Source of the DNA: Dehalococcoidales bacterium
Lineage (GTDB): Bacteria > Chloroflexota > Dehalococcoidia > Dehalococcoidales > Fen-1064
Assembly: GCA_020342155.1 (NCBI GenBank)
Contig: CP070842.1
Coordinates: 398,388-456,522 of the forward strand
DNA: 58,135 nucleotides
Direction: 5' to 3'
The stretch's first letter is position 1; every line of letters starts with the position of its first letter. Of the stretch, positions 1 through 9,249 are shown in pieces. Below the pieces are notes generated by a model that saw only the letters and a program-made list of their open reading frames with translations, made no database searches and was not told where the DNA came from. Made by a program: the position numbers and the translations under genes.

Positions 1-1320
1 CATCTTCGATAGATAATCAGCTTCAATGTCGTAGAGGACATTTGAGGAACTTGGCCTGATAGTCGCTCTCAATTCTGGTTCAGGAAATTCAGGTCCTTTG
101 TGATTCTGACTCCCTTTGACATTGAGATACGTTGTTCTCAAGATATTCCTGATGAATCTATAAGGTGTGACTATGTAATTAGTTCTTCTGACTCTGGTTG
201 TGACCATTTTTCTAATCCAGGATTCATATAACACCAGGCTGCGTCGTTTTCTATCCAGCATCTGGTCCGCGCAGGCTCCCAGAAAAGCAAATCTCAGGTT
301 CTCCCGGCTCAATATCTCAGATAATTGGTATCGTAGAAAAACACCTTCCTGAAAAGTATAGCCTTCCAGCTTCCAGACTATATCCGGTAGTTTATCTGGA
401 CCACTATGCAGCGTGTCCGTGATGTGTTCTATATTATCGTAATTCCTTAGAATGGCTTGAGTTGCTGGAATCTCGTTGTAGCCCTCTCCGCCACTTAAAG
501 TCACGATTTTTATAGTGTTATCGGTAAGACGCCGCAAGAAGTGCAATATGAGGTTAGAATCACGCCCCGAAGTAAGAGTTGATGTAATATTGTCTGTTCT
601 TAATTGATTGAATAAAGTCCTGACGCTATTATCTACGGTGGCAATTAATTCGTCTTTGGCTAACTCTTTCGCCACTTCTTTTTCTTTGAATTTTAGTGAC
701 TTAACTTTATTTGAACCCTTCATCCCATCGATTATCATGTATTCGTGAGTAACCAGTTTGCTGATATTGCTTACCAACGTTGCTCTATTAGGGACTATAG
801 CCGCTTGATGAACAATAGACGAATAATGCAAGAAATCACGAGCGGCTGCTATGTTCAGTTCCCTTGTTGCGGTATTGTGCTTAAGGACCTGCTTGAGACT
901 CGTGCCAAATGTGAATTCATTGTCATTGCCTGTGTAATAAATAGGTAGATTATATCCATACCTTGATTGTAATATGTACGCCCTTTTGGTAGCTTCGTGA
1001 AAAATTAATATGAGAAAGATCCCATCGAGTTGTGAGACAAACTTAATCCCCTCCAGGGCATACAACCTCTCGACTACCTCAACGTCTGTCTCATTACTTA
1101 GAGAGTATCTGGCTTTAATTTCTTCTATATTAGATATGTAGCCCAATACGGCAGAGAGGACTCCGGTATTATCGTCATAAAAATATGGTCTACTATCATG
1201 CTTAAAGACACTGTCTCTTTCTACATACAGGTCCAGGAATCCGCTATTAAATACGTTATCCTGCATTGCTTCTAAATGCGTATCTTCGTTCCAGCGGACT
1301 TTGCCAAACAGGAGGTTCAT
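1..1320 (-). CDS. Asparagine synthetase (AsnB)-like ATP-dependent amidoligase, 3' end truncated by window edge
   Basis: Translated by hand: ATG at 1320 with GAGGAGG SD upstream, open to position 1 (MNLLFGKVRWNE...IEADYLSKM). AsnB-like motifs: QLDGIFLILIF and PIYY (GAT region), TLTSGRDS (PP-loop SGGLDS-like), FLGACADQ (SGEGADE-like). Not in the ORF track, presumably because the stop lies outside the window. Confidence 0.75.
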   Translation of the reverse strand, partial: MNLLFGKVRWNEDTHLEAMQDNVFNSGFLDLYVERDSVFKHDSRPYFYDDNTGVLSAVLGYISNIEEIKARYSLSNETDVEVVERLYALEGIKFVSQLDGIFLILIFHEATKRAYILQSRYGYNLPIYYTGNDNEFTFGTSLKQVLKHNTATRELNIAAARDFLHYSSIVHQAAIVPNRATLVSNISKLVTHEYMIIDGMKGSNKVKSLKFKEKEVAKELAKDELIATVDNSVRTLFNQLRTDNITSTLTSGRDSNLILHFLRRLTDNTIKIVTLSGGEGYNEIPATQAILRNYDNIEHITDTLHSGPDKLPDIVWKLEGYTFQEGVFLRYQLSEILSRENLRFAFLGACADQMLDRKRRSLVLYESWIRKMVTTRVRRTNYIVTPYRFIRNILRTTYLNVKGSQNHKGPEFPEPELRATIRPSSSNVLYDIEADYLSKM

Positions 1321-1364
1321 CAGCCTCCTCTTCTGGTCTTTTACTTACCGTCAATTTGCCTGTT

Positions 1365-1421
1365 ATTGTACCATATCATCAGGACTCTTTTGCCACTTTA
1401 CGAACTGAGGTGTGCTATAAT
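1365..1421. promoter_or_regulatory. Divergent extended -10 promoters
   Basis: TGgTACAAT on minus (1373-1365) faces the AsnB-like gene. TGcTATAAT on plus (1413-1421) ends 6 nt before the Trm112 ATG. Confidence 0.55.
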
Positions 1422-1427
1422 CAGCCC

Positions 1428-1601
1428 ATGAAGAAAGAGCTGATGGATATTCTGGTCTGTCCGATGTGCAAGGGGGAGCTCGAGCTTACGGTTGAAGAGG
1501 AGAACGAGAGGGAGATAGTAACCGGTTCCCTGCACTGTGCCAAGTGTGACATACGCTACCCGATTACGGACACAATCCCCAACCTGCTGCCACCGGAATA
1601 G
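1428..1601 (+). CDS. Trm112-family (UPF0434) protein
   Basis: MKKELMDILVCPMCKGEL...LHCAKCDIRYPITDTIPNLL; two CxxC pairs. Real start is ATG 1428 inside ORF 1266..1601. Confidence 0.85.
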   Translation: MKKELMDILVCPMCKGELELTVEEENEREIVTGSLHCAKCDIRYPITDTIPNLLPPE

Positions 1602-1616
1602 TATGCCGGGTCTGAT

Positions 1617-1988
1617 TCAGTCGAGACTATAGCTGACCCAGCTCTGAGGGGTCTCCCAGACCTCGATGCTGGTGATGGTAACCGGCTCCCCTTTCAGTTT
1701 CGGTTTCAGTTCCTGATAGACAGTAGCCGCGATGTTCTCCGAGGAGGGGTTTATCTCGTCGAACGGCGTGACGTCATTAAGGCAGGTGTGGTCGAACCGG
1801 GACAGGATTTCGCCGAGGTGCTGCTTCAGCAGGCTGAAATCATAGGCCAGACCAATATCATCGAGTTTGGTGGCAGTCACTCTGGCGACAACCCGGTAGC
1901 GGTGGCCGTGCATTGACTCGCACTTACCCTGATAGCCCCTGAGAAAGTGCGCCGCGTCGAAGTGCTGCTCGATTGCTATCGTGTACAT
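1617..1988 (-). CDS. queD: 6-carboxytetrahydropterin synthase
   Basis: FDAAH...KCESMHGHRY, DH, SSENIA, WET motifs. Confidence 0.92.
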   Translation of the reverse strand: MYTIAIEQHFDAAHFLRGYQGKCESMHGHRYRVVARVTATKLDDIGLAYDFSLLKQHLGEILSRFDHTCLNDVTPFDEINPSSENIAATVYQELKPKLKGEPVTITSIEVWETPQSWVSYSLD

Positions 1989-1997
1989 ACTGCCAGC

Positions 1998-2507
1998 CTA
2001 ACCGCCATCCGGTAACTTAAAGACACCCTGCACACCCTGTTTTAGCTCTGCCAGCAGCTTTTCAGCAGACTTGTGGCTGACGGGGTGTATCAGCTTCGGG
2101 GCTATTTCAGTAAGGGGGATGAGGACGAAGGCCCTTTCTTCGAGTCTGGGATGGGGGACTACCAGCTTGCTGTTCTTGATTATTTGGTCGCCGTAAAAGA
2201 GGATATCGATATCGAGCGGGCGGGGAGCGTTGGGTTTGTCCTTTGTCCGGCCCAGCTTCGCCTCTATCCCCTGGGTCAGGGTTAAAAGCCCCAGCGGTGC
2301 CAGTCCAGTCTGAATCCGCGCCACCAGGTTGAGGAAGCGGGGCTGGTCCGGGTTGTCCACCGGCTCGGTGTCATAGGTAGAGGATACCTTGACGACCTTA
2401 ACCCGCTGCGATAGCAGCTCCAGCGCCATGTTCAGGTTATGCTGGCGGTCTCCCAGGTTTGAGCCGAGACTGAGGTAAACGTTAACCGGTTTAGAATCTG
2501 CTGTCAT
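1998..2507 (-). CDS. folK: 2-amino-4-hydroxy-6-hydroxymethyldihydropteridine diphosphokinase
   Basis: YLSLGSNLGD, PRPLDIDIL, PHPRLEERAFVL. Confidence 0.95.
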   Translation of the reverse strand: MTADSKPVNVYLSLGSNLGDRQHNLNMALELLSQRVKVVKVSSTYDTEPVDNPDQPRFLNLVARIQTGLAPLGLLTLTQGIEAKLGRTKDKPNAPRPLDIDILFYGDQIIKNSKLVVPHPRLEERAFVLIPLTEIAPKLIHPVSHKSAEKLLAELKQGVQGVFKLPDGG

Positions 2508-2656
2508 GCTACCTAATTATATCACAGGGGAGGGGGTGTGGTGTTATCACTACTATACAAGGCTGGGAATTCCCATACTAAATTATTCCGGATCGGTAGT
2601 ATTTCTAGTCTTTTATACCGGTACTTGCTCTAACTTTCCACTGCGCTCAAAAATAG

Positions 2657-2686
2657 TTGACATAGAATTGTAGAACATGGTACTAT
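2657..2686 (+). promoter_or_regulatory. sigma70-type promoter of the ribosomal protein operon
   Basis: TTGACA (2657-2662), 18 nt spacer ending TGG, TACTAT (2681-2686). Confidence 0.75.
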
Positions 2687-2812
2687 TTTATGTTTGGCTT
2701 TCTTATCCAGTTGAGGCTAAGCAGATTGAAGATTCGGTCTTCATCTGCTATAGTTTATCCCAGATGGATGGGCTAAGGCTCATCCATTAAATTGTGGAGG
2801 ACAAAAAGAAAA

Positions 2813-3244
2813 TTGCCTACTATCAGTCAGCTTGTCCGAAAAGGACGTAAGTCGAGTAAGGGGAAGTCCAAGACTCCGGCCCTGCACTATGGCTATAATG
2901 CCCTGAAGAACCGGATGTGGTGGGGGAGTGGCTCTCCACAGAAGCGGGGGGTCTGTGTACAGGTGAAGACCACCACCCCGAGGAAGCCGAATTCGGCACT
3001 GCGTAAGATAGCCAGGGTGCGGCTGACCAACGGGATGGAGGTAACTGCTTATATCCCGGGGGAGGGGCATGAATTACAGGAGCACTCGGCGGTGCTGGTC
3101 CGCGGAGGGCGGGTCAAAGACCTGCCGGGTGTCCGCTACCACATTGTGCGGGGAGCACTGGATGCCGACGGCGTGGTAGGTCGCCGCAAGGGACGCAGTA
3201 AGTATGGTGCCAAGCGTCCCAGGGCTGCGGCTGAGATTGAATAG
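2813..3244 (+). CDS. rpsL: 30S ribosomal protein S12
   Basis: (M)[11 protein letters not shown]...PNSALRK...KDLPGVRY; TTG start at 2813 after GGAGG. Confidence 0.97.
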   Translation: MPTISQLVRKGRKSSKGKSKTPALHYGYNALKNRMWWGSGSPQKRGVCVQVKTTTPRKPNSALRKIARVRLTNGMEVTAYIPGEGHELQEHSAVLVRGGRVKDLPGVRYHIVRGALDADGVVGRRKGRSKYGAKRPRAAAEIE

Positions 3245-3252
3245 GAGAGACG

Positions 3253-3726
3253 ATGTCTAGGCGGGCTCGAACAATAAAAAGACCGCAGATTCGACCTGAT
3301 GCCAAGTATCAGAGCGTCGTCCTATCGAAGATGATAAACAAGGTTATGCTCAACGGTAAAAAGAGCACAGCCGAGCGGATTGTCTATGGCGCTATGGATA
3401 TCATGGAACAACAAGGCTCCAAGTCCCCGCTTACGGACACGGAGTTGGCAATAAGGAACGTTACCCCTCAGCTCAAGGTTAAGTCGCGTCGCGTCGGCGG
3501 CGCAACCTACCAGGTGCCGGTGGAGGTCAGCCAGACAGTGGGCCTGTCGCTGGCCTTGCGTTGGCTGGTGGATTCGGCCAGGGCGCGGAGCGGTAAGTCA
3601 ATGGCAGAAAAACTGGCCGCAGAACTCAGTGACGCCTCAAAGGGGCAGGGGGTCACCATAAAAAAGCGTGACGATACCCATCGTATGGCTGAAGCCAACA
3701 GGGCCTTTGCCCACTACAGATGGTGA
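3253..3726 (+). CDS. rpsG: 30S ribosomal protein S7
   Basis: [26 protein letters not shown]. Confidence 0.98.
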   Translation: MSRRARTIKRPQIRPDAKYQSVVLSKMINKVMLNGKKSTAERIVYGAMDIMEQQGSKSPLTDTELAIRNVTPQLKVKSRRVGGATYQVPVEVSQTVGLSLALRWLVDSARARSGKSMAEKLAAELSDASKGQGVTIKKRDDTHRMAEANRAFAHYRW

Positions 3727-3775
3727 GAGGTGGTCCACGATTAGTCACAACTCAAGTATTACAGTAAGGGGTACT

Positions 3776-5863
3776 ATGCCCAGGAGTTTTTCGCTCGAGC
3801 GGATACGGAATATAGGGATTATTGCTCATATTGACGCTGGCAAGACCACCGTCACTGAGCGCATACTATATTACACCGGGTTGACTTATAAAATCGGCGA
3901 GGTGGATGAAGGCACGGCCGTAATGGACTGGATGGAGCAGGAAAGAGAACGCGGCATCACCATCACAGCGGCAGCGATAACATGCTACTGGCAGGACCAC
4001 CGCATCAATATTATCGATACGCCGGGGCACGTGGACTTTACTGCTGAGGTTGAGCGTTCACTCAGGGTGCTAGATGGTGGTGTGGTACTCTTCGATGGTG
4101 TTGCCGGAGTCGAGGCACAGTCGGAAACAGTATGGCGGCAGGCTGACAAGTACCTGGTGCCCAGAATTTGTTTCGTTAACAAGATGGAGCGACTTGGCGC
4201 TGATTATTATCGGACTGTCTCCATGATTGAAAGCCGGCTTGGGGCCAGACCCTTGCCGATACAATTGCCTATTGGTGCCGGGGAGTCATTTGGGGGCATC
4301 ATTGATCTTATTCAGAACAAAGCCTGGACATATGGCGACGCCCCTGATGTACCGCCAGAGGAAATAGCTATTCCTGAGTCAGAACAGGTACGATGTACCG
4401 AATACCGTCAGGCAATGATAGAGAAGCTGGCTGAGATTGATGACCATATCCTGATGGCTTACTTGGATGGCGGTGACATCACGGCCTCGGACTTGAGGCA
4501 GGCAGTGAGGAGAGCAACCCTGGCGGACAAAGTGGTGCCGGTCCTTTGCGGTAGTGCCCTGAGAAATATGGGCGTTGATAAGTTACTGGACGCGGTTGTG
4601 GACTACCTGCCATCCCCCTTTGATATGCCACCAGTGCGGGCGACTGATACCAAGATGGGTATTGAGGTTACCCGCCCTGCCAAGGACGAAGCCCCGTTTT
4701 CAGCGCTTGCCTTTAAGGTTGTCACTGACCCGTTTATGGGCAGGCTGGTCTATTTCCGGGTATACTCCGGCAGAGTGAAAGCCGGGGCCCAGATTTATAA
4801 TTCGACTCGCAGTAAAAGTGAACGCATTGGCCGGTTGCTCCTGATGCATGCCAATCGTCGTGACGAACTTGATGTTGCTGATACCGGCGCCATCGTGGCT
4901 ACGGTAGGCCTCAAGAACACCTTCACCGGCGATACCCTGTGTCAGTCAAACCAGCCGGTGATTCTTGAGTCGATTCGATTTCCTGAGCCAGTACTTTCGG
5001 TTGCAATTGAACCGAAGACCAGGGCTGATCAGGACAGGATGGGTGAATCCTTGCGTAAGTTGACCGAGGAGGACCCTACCTTTAAAGTCAATTTCAACGA
5101 AGAGACGGGGCAAACTGTTGTTGCCGGTATGGGTGAGTTACACCTTGAGGTGATTGTACACAGGCTGCTGGCCGAGTTCGGTATGGCGGTGAAGGTGGGC
5201 AGGCCAAGGGTTGCTTATAAGGAAACAATTACGCTTCCGGTACAGGGTGAGGGCAGATTTGTCCGGCAGACGGGCGGGCATGGTCAGTATGGCCATGTCA
5301 TCGTCGAACTGGAGCCGATGGAGCGTGGTGGTGGTTTTGAATTTACCAACCGTATTCGTGGAGTGGCCATTCCCAAACAGTATATTCCAGCGGTTGAGGC
5401 CGGTATCAAGGAGGCCATGGAGACCGGAGTGGTCGCTGGCTACCCGATGATTGACATCAAGGTAGCACTAGTTGATGGCAGTTACCACGAGGTTGATTCT
5501 TCAGAGCTGGCCTTCAGAGTGGCCGGCTCGATGGCTTTTAAAAACGGTGTTCGCAAAGCGAAGCCAGCCCTGCTTGAACCAATAATGAAGCTTGAGGTAG
5601 TCACGCCCAAGGAGTTTCTTGGTGACATAATCGGTGATTTAAGCGCCAAGCGGGGAAGAATAGAGTTGATTGAAACCCACAGCGAAACGTGCATCGTCCA
5701 GGCACTCTTGCCTCTGGCGGAGACCTTTGGTTATGCCACCGGTCTGCGATCGCAGACGCAAGGCAGAGCTACCCACTCGCTGGAGTTTCACAACTACCAG
5801 GAGCTGCCGGGTGAGATGGTGGAACAGATTAAGGATACAGTGGGTTTTGTGAAATATGCCTAA
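3776..5863 (+). CDS. fusA: Elongation factor G
   Basis: [35 protein letters not shown]; start ATG 3776. Confidence 0.97.
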   Translation: MPRSFSLERIRNIGIIAHIDAGKTTVTERILYYTGLTYKIGEVDEGTAVMDWMEQERERGITITAAAITCYWQDHRINIIDTPGHVDFTAEVERSLRVLDGGVVLFDGVAGVEAQSETVWRQADKYLVPRICFVNKMERLGADYYRTVSMIESRLGARPLPIQLPIGAGESFGGIIDLIQNKAWTYGDAPDVPPEEIAIPESEQVRCTEYRQAMIEKLAEIDDHILMAYLDGGDITASDLRQAVRRATLADKVVPVLCGSALRNMGVDKLLDAVVDYLPSPFDMPPVRATDTKMGIEVTRPAKDEAPFSALAFKVVTDPFMGRLVYFRVYSGRVKAGAQIYNSTRSKSERIGRLLLMHANRRDELDVADTGAIVATVGLKNTFTGDTLCQSNQPVILESIRFPEPVLSVAIEPKTRADQDRMGESLRKLTEEDPTFKVNFNEETGQTVVAGMGELHLEVIVHRLLAEFGMAVKVGRPRVAYKETITLPVQGEGRFVRQTGGHGQYGHVIVELEPMERGGGFEFTNRIRGVAIPKQYIPAVEAGIKEAMETGVVAGYPMIDIKVALVDGSYHEVDSSELAFRVAGSMAFKNGVRKAKPALLEPIMKLEVVTPKEFLGDIIGDLSAKRGRIELIETHSETCIVQALLPLAETFGYATGLRSQTQGRATHSLEFHNYQELPGEMVEQIKDTVGFVKYA

Positions 5864-6164
5864 GCAGAAGATACGTATCAAGCTTAAGGGTTTCGACCAC
5901 AAGTTGGTTGACCAGTCTGCTCAGCAGATTGTCGAAACGGTGGAGCAGACCGGTGCCGTGGTCGTCGGACCGATACCGCTGCCGACTCATATCAAAAAGT
6001 TCAGTGTCATCCGCTCCCCCTTTATCGATAAGGACTCCCAGGAGCAATTTGAAATCAGGACGCATAAGCGCTTGATTGATATCGTCGAAACTACCTCAAA
6101 GACGATAGATTCCCTGACCAGGCTGAATCTACCGTCTGGGGTGGAGCTTGATATTAAGCTGTAG
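5856..6164 (+). CDS. rpsJ: 30S ribosomal protein S10
   Basis: [31 protein letters not shown]. Confidence 0.98.
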   Translation: MPKQKIRIKLKGFDHKLVDQSAQQIVETVEQTGAVVVGPIPLPTHIKKFSVIRSPFIDKDSQEQFEIRTHKRLIDIVETTSKTIDSLTRLNLPSGVELDIKL

Positions 6165-6192
6165 TATAAGTTAATTTTAGACCGGGTGTGAG

Positions 6193-6816
6193 ATGTTTTC
6201 AGGTATCATCGGTAAGAAACTAGGTATGAGTCAGGTATTCCGTGACGACGGCAGAGTCGAGGCAGTGACCGCTGTCGAGGCCGGGCCGTGCTGCGTGATT
6301 CAAGTTAAAACAGAGGACAAGGAAGGGTACAGCTCTGTCCAGCTGGGATTCGGTGAAGCCAAGCGAGTTAACTTACCACGGCGGGGACATCTCAAGGAAC
6401 TGGGGAATTACCAGTATCTTCGAGAGTTTCGCGTGGATGATGACGAGGCCTTGCAGGTAGGTGATAAGGTTGATGTTAGCCTGTTCCAGGCGGGTGACCT
6501 GATTGATATTACAGGGATATCTAAGAGTAAGGGATTTGCCGGAGTGGTGAAACGACACCATTTCCGTGGTGGACCTAAAACGCATGGACAGTCCGACAGA
6601 CACCGTGCCCCGGGCTCGATTGGAGCAGGTACAACGCCGGGTCGGGTATGGAAGGGCACGCGCATGCCGGGCCGTATGGGTGCTGACCAGGTGACGGTGC
6701 GCAATCTGGAGGTGTTCCAGGCAGACCCAGAGCGTAACCTATTACTGGTTAGAGGCGCAGTACCCGGGAGCAAGAACGGGTTGCTGCTGATAAAAAAATC
6801 ACGCGAGGGGAAGTAG
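6193..6816 (+). CDS. rplC: 50S ribosomal protein L3
   Basis: GKKLGM, KGFAGVVKRH, HRAPGSIG. Confidence 0.98.
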   Translation: MFSGIIGKKLGMSQVFRDDGRVEAVTAVEAGPCCVIQVKTEDKEGYSSVQLGFGEAKRVNLPRRGHLKELGNYQYLREFRVDDDEALQVGDKVDVSLFQAGDLIDITGISKSKGFAGVVKRHHFRGGPKTHGQSDRHRAPGSIGAGTTPGRVWKGTRMPGRMGADQVTVRNLEVFQADPERNLLLVRGAVPGSKNGLLLIKKSREGK

Positions 6817-6820
6817 ATAG

Positions 6821-7465
6821 GTGCAGGTCCCGGTATATGGGTTAACTGGGGAAGTCGTTGACAATATAGAAATCAGCGACGACGTCTTTGATGTGCCGTT
6901 CAACGAGGCGGTGGTACATCAGGCGGTGGTCCGACAGCGGGCCAATGCCCGTCAGGGCACGGCCAGCACCAAGACTCGTGGCGAGATTATCGGCAGCACA
7001 CGTAAAATATACCGGCAGAAAGGGACGGGTTATGCCCGGGCGGGCAGTGTTAAGTCACCTTTACGGCGCGGCGGAGGTATCACGTTTGGCCCCAAACCGA
7101 GGAGTTACCGGCAGGCGATGCCGAAAAAGATGCGACGGCTCGCCTTGAGGTGTGCCCTCTCTGCCAAGGCCAGAGACGGTGAGCTGGCAGTTCTAGAGGC
7201 ACTGACATTGAATGAGCCAAAGAGTAAGGAGATGGCCCAGATTTTAAGGGCGCTCAAGGTAGATTCCACTGCCCTCGTCGTTACCTTAGAAGCGAAGGCC
7301 AATGTGGTAAAATCAGCCCGTAACCTGCCGGGAATTGAGACCCGGCCGGCCGATGTCATCAACGTGGTTGATGTGCTCTCCAATAAGGCGCTGCTGATGG
7401 AGGTGGCGGCGGTACGCCGCGCCGAGCAGCTCTGGGGTGAGAAATCGCCTGAGGAGGGTGAGTAA
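6821..7465 (+). CDS. rplD: 50S ribosomal protein L4
   Basis: RQGTASTKTR, RQKGTG, GGGITFGPKPR. Confidence 0.97.
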   Translation: MQVPVYGLTGEVVDNIEISDDVFDVPFNEAVVHQAVVRQRANARQGTASTKTRGEIIGSTRKIYRQKGTGYARAGSVKSPLRRGGGITFGPKPRSYRQAMPKKMRRLALRCALSAKARDGELAVLEALTLNEPKSKEMAQILRALKVDSTALVVTLEAKANVVKSARNLPGIETRPADVINVVDVLSNKALLMEVAAVRRAEQLWGEKSPEEGE

Positions 7466-7749
7466 TGCACCTTTATGAGGTATTGCGCCGTCCTCTGGTG
7501 ACGGAAAAGAACGCAGTACTGCAGATGGAAGGCAAGTATGCCTTCGAAGTGGCTGGCGGGGCTACCAAGCCGCAGATTAAACAGGCTGTGGAAACAGCCT
7601 TTAAGGTCAAGGTTACTGGGGTTAACGTGATGACAATGCCTGGTAAAGAGCGTAGAGTCGGGAGGCGACATGTGAGGACGCCATCTTGGAAGAAGGCGAT
7701 TGTTACGCTCGGGCCGGGTGACCGGATAGAGCTATTTGAGAATGTGTAG
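7465..7749 (+). CDS. rplW: 50S ribosomal protein L23
   Basis: PLVTEK, WKKAIVTL; operon position. Confidence 0.97.
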   Translation: MHLYEVLRRPLVTEKNAVLQMEGKYAFEVAGGATKPQIKQAVETAFKVKVTGVNVMTMPGKERRVGRRHVRTPSWKKAIVTLGPGDRIELFENV

Positions 7750-7764
7750 GTATAAGGGGGCCGT

Positions 7765-8595
7765 GTGGCACTAAAGACATATCGTCCAACCTCTCCCGGA
7801 AGACGGGCCATGTCTGGCTCCAGCTTCGAAGAGATAACCAAATCGAAGCCGGAGAAGTCGTTACTGCGGCCTTTAAAGAAAAGGGCGGGGCGAAATAACC
7901 AGGGGCGAATAACAGTACGTCACCGAGGTGGTGGTGCCAAGCGCCAGCTACGCATCATTGATTTCAAGCGGGACAAAGCTGGTGTTCCTGGTCGAGTAGC
8001 AACGATTGAGTATGACCCCAACCGTTCGGCGAGGATTGCCCTGATCCACTATGCGGATGGGGACAAGCGTTATATTCTGGCTCCGGTGGGTTTGAGTGTT
8101 AATGATAGAGTGCAGGCTGGTCCTGGTGCCGAGATAAGACCGGGAAATTCTCTACCCTTGAAATCAATCCCGACCGGGACTTCGATACATAACATTGAGT
8201 TGAAAGCGGGCAAAGGTGGTCAATTGGTGCGTGGGGCCGGGGTGTCTGCCCAGTTACTTGCTAAGGAAGGTGATTATGCCCATGTGCGGTTGCCCTCCGG
8301 CGAGGTACGCTTGATTCGTAGTGAATGTATGGCCACCATTGGCCAGGTTGGTAATGTTGAACACCAGGGAATCAAGCTAGGCAAAGCCGGACGAAAGCGA
8401 TGGCTTGGCTGGCGACCAACGGTAAGGGGTTCGGCGATGACCCCGCGGGACCACCCTCATGGTGGTGGCGAAGGACGAAGTCCGATAGGCTTACCGGGGC
8501 CGAAGACACCGTGGGGTAAGCCGGCACTGGGCTATAGAACACGGAGGAATAGGGCTACGGACAGTCTGATTGTCAGGCGCCGAAGGACGAAGTAA
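7765..8595 (+). CDS. rplB: 50S ribosomal protein L2
   Basis: [21 protein letters not shown]. Confidence 0.98.
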   Translation: MALKTYRPTSPGRRAMSGSSFEEITKSKPEKSLLRPLKKRAGRNNQGRITVRHRGGGAKRQLRIIDFKRDKAGVPGRVATIEYDPNRSARIALIHYADGDKRYILAPVGLSVNDRVQAGPGAEIRPGNSLPLKSIPTGTSIHNIELKAGKGGQLVRGAGVSAQLLAKEGDYAHVRLPSGEVRLIRSECMATIGQVGNVEHQGIKLGKAGRKRWLGWRPTVRGSAMTPRDHPHGGGEGRSPIGLPGPKTPWGKPALGYRTRRNRATDSLIVRRRRTK

Positions 8596-8596
8596 A

Positions 8597-8887
8597 TTGT
8601 CAAGATCGACTAAAAAGGGACCGGCTGTTGATGTTAAGCTTCTGAAGAAGGTGGAGGCAGTCAATCTCTCTGGTGAGAAAACTGTAATAAGGACGTGGTC
8701 TCGCTGGTGCACTATCCTGCCAGAGATGGTAGGGCTTACTATTGGAGTGCATGATGGCCGGAGACACGTACCTATCTTTATTACCGAAAATATGGTGGGT
8801 CACAAACTGGGTGAGTTTGCTCAGACCCGGACCTTCCGCGGGCACTCTGCCAAGGCAGAGACAACTGTTCAGAGACGGAGAAGGTAG
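8597..8887 (+). CDS. rpsS: 30S ribosomal protein S19
   Basis: (M)[17 protein letters not shown]; TTG start at 8597. Confidence 0.96.
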   Translation: MSRSTKKGPAVDVKLLKKVEAVNLSGEKTVIRTWSRWCTILPEMVGLTIGVHDGRRHVPIFITENMVGHKLGEFAQTRTFRGHSAKAETTVQRRRR

Positions 8888-8904
8888 GCTAGGCAGGAGA
8901 TAAG

Positions 8905-9243
8905 GTGGAAGTAAAGTCTGTTGCCAAGAATACGGGCGTGCCGGCTCGTAAGATGCGACGCTTGGTAGATATGGTAAGGGGAAAACCGGTGGACGAAGCG
9001 ATGACATTGCTGAAGTTCGCTCCTTCGCCGAGTGCCCGGATTGTGGCCAAGGTGGTGAAAGCCGCTACGGCAGATGCGGAGACTGTCTATCAGATACCGT
9101 CTGCGGAACTCAGGATTGTCGGTATTTTCGCTGATGAGGCGCTAACCTTGAAAAGGTATCGTGCCGGTGCCCGGAGGCGGGTCAAACACATCCTGAAGAG
9201 GTCCAGTCATATTACGGTTATCGTTAGTGAGCAGGAGGCTTGA
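8905..9243 (+). CDS. rplV: 50S ribosomal protein L22
   Basis: KMRRLVDMVRG, KRSSHITV; operon position. Confidence 0.95.
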   Translation: MEVKSVAKNTGVPARKMRRLVDMVRGKPVDEAMTLLKFAPSPSARIVAKVVKAATADAETVYQIPSAELRIVGIFADEALTLKRYRAGARRRVKHILKRSSHITVIVSEQEA

Positions 9244-9249
9244 TTCTTA

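Noticed and set aside
745-948. 67 aa plus-strand ORF
   Set aside because: Antisense shadow of the long AsnB-like ORF; no motifs.
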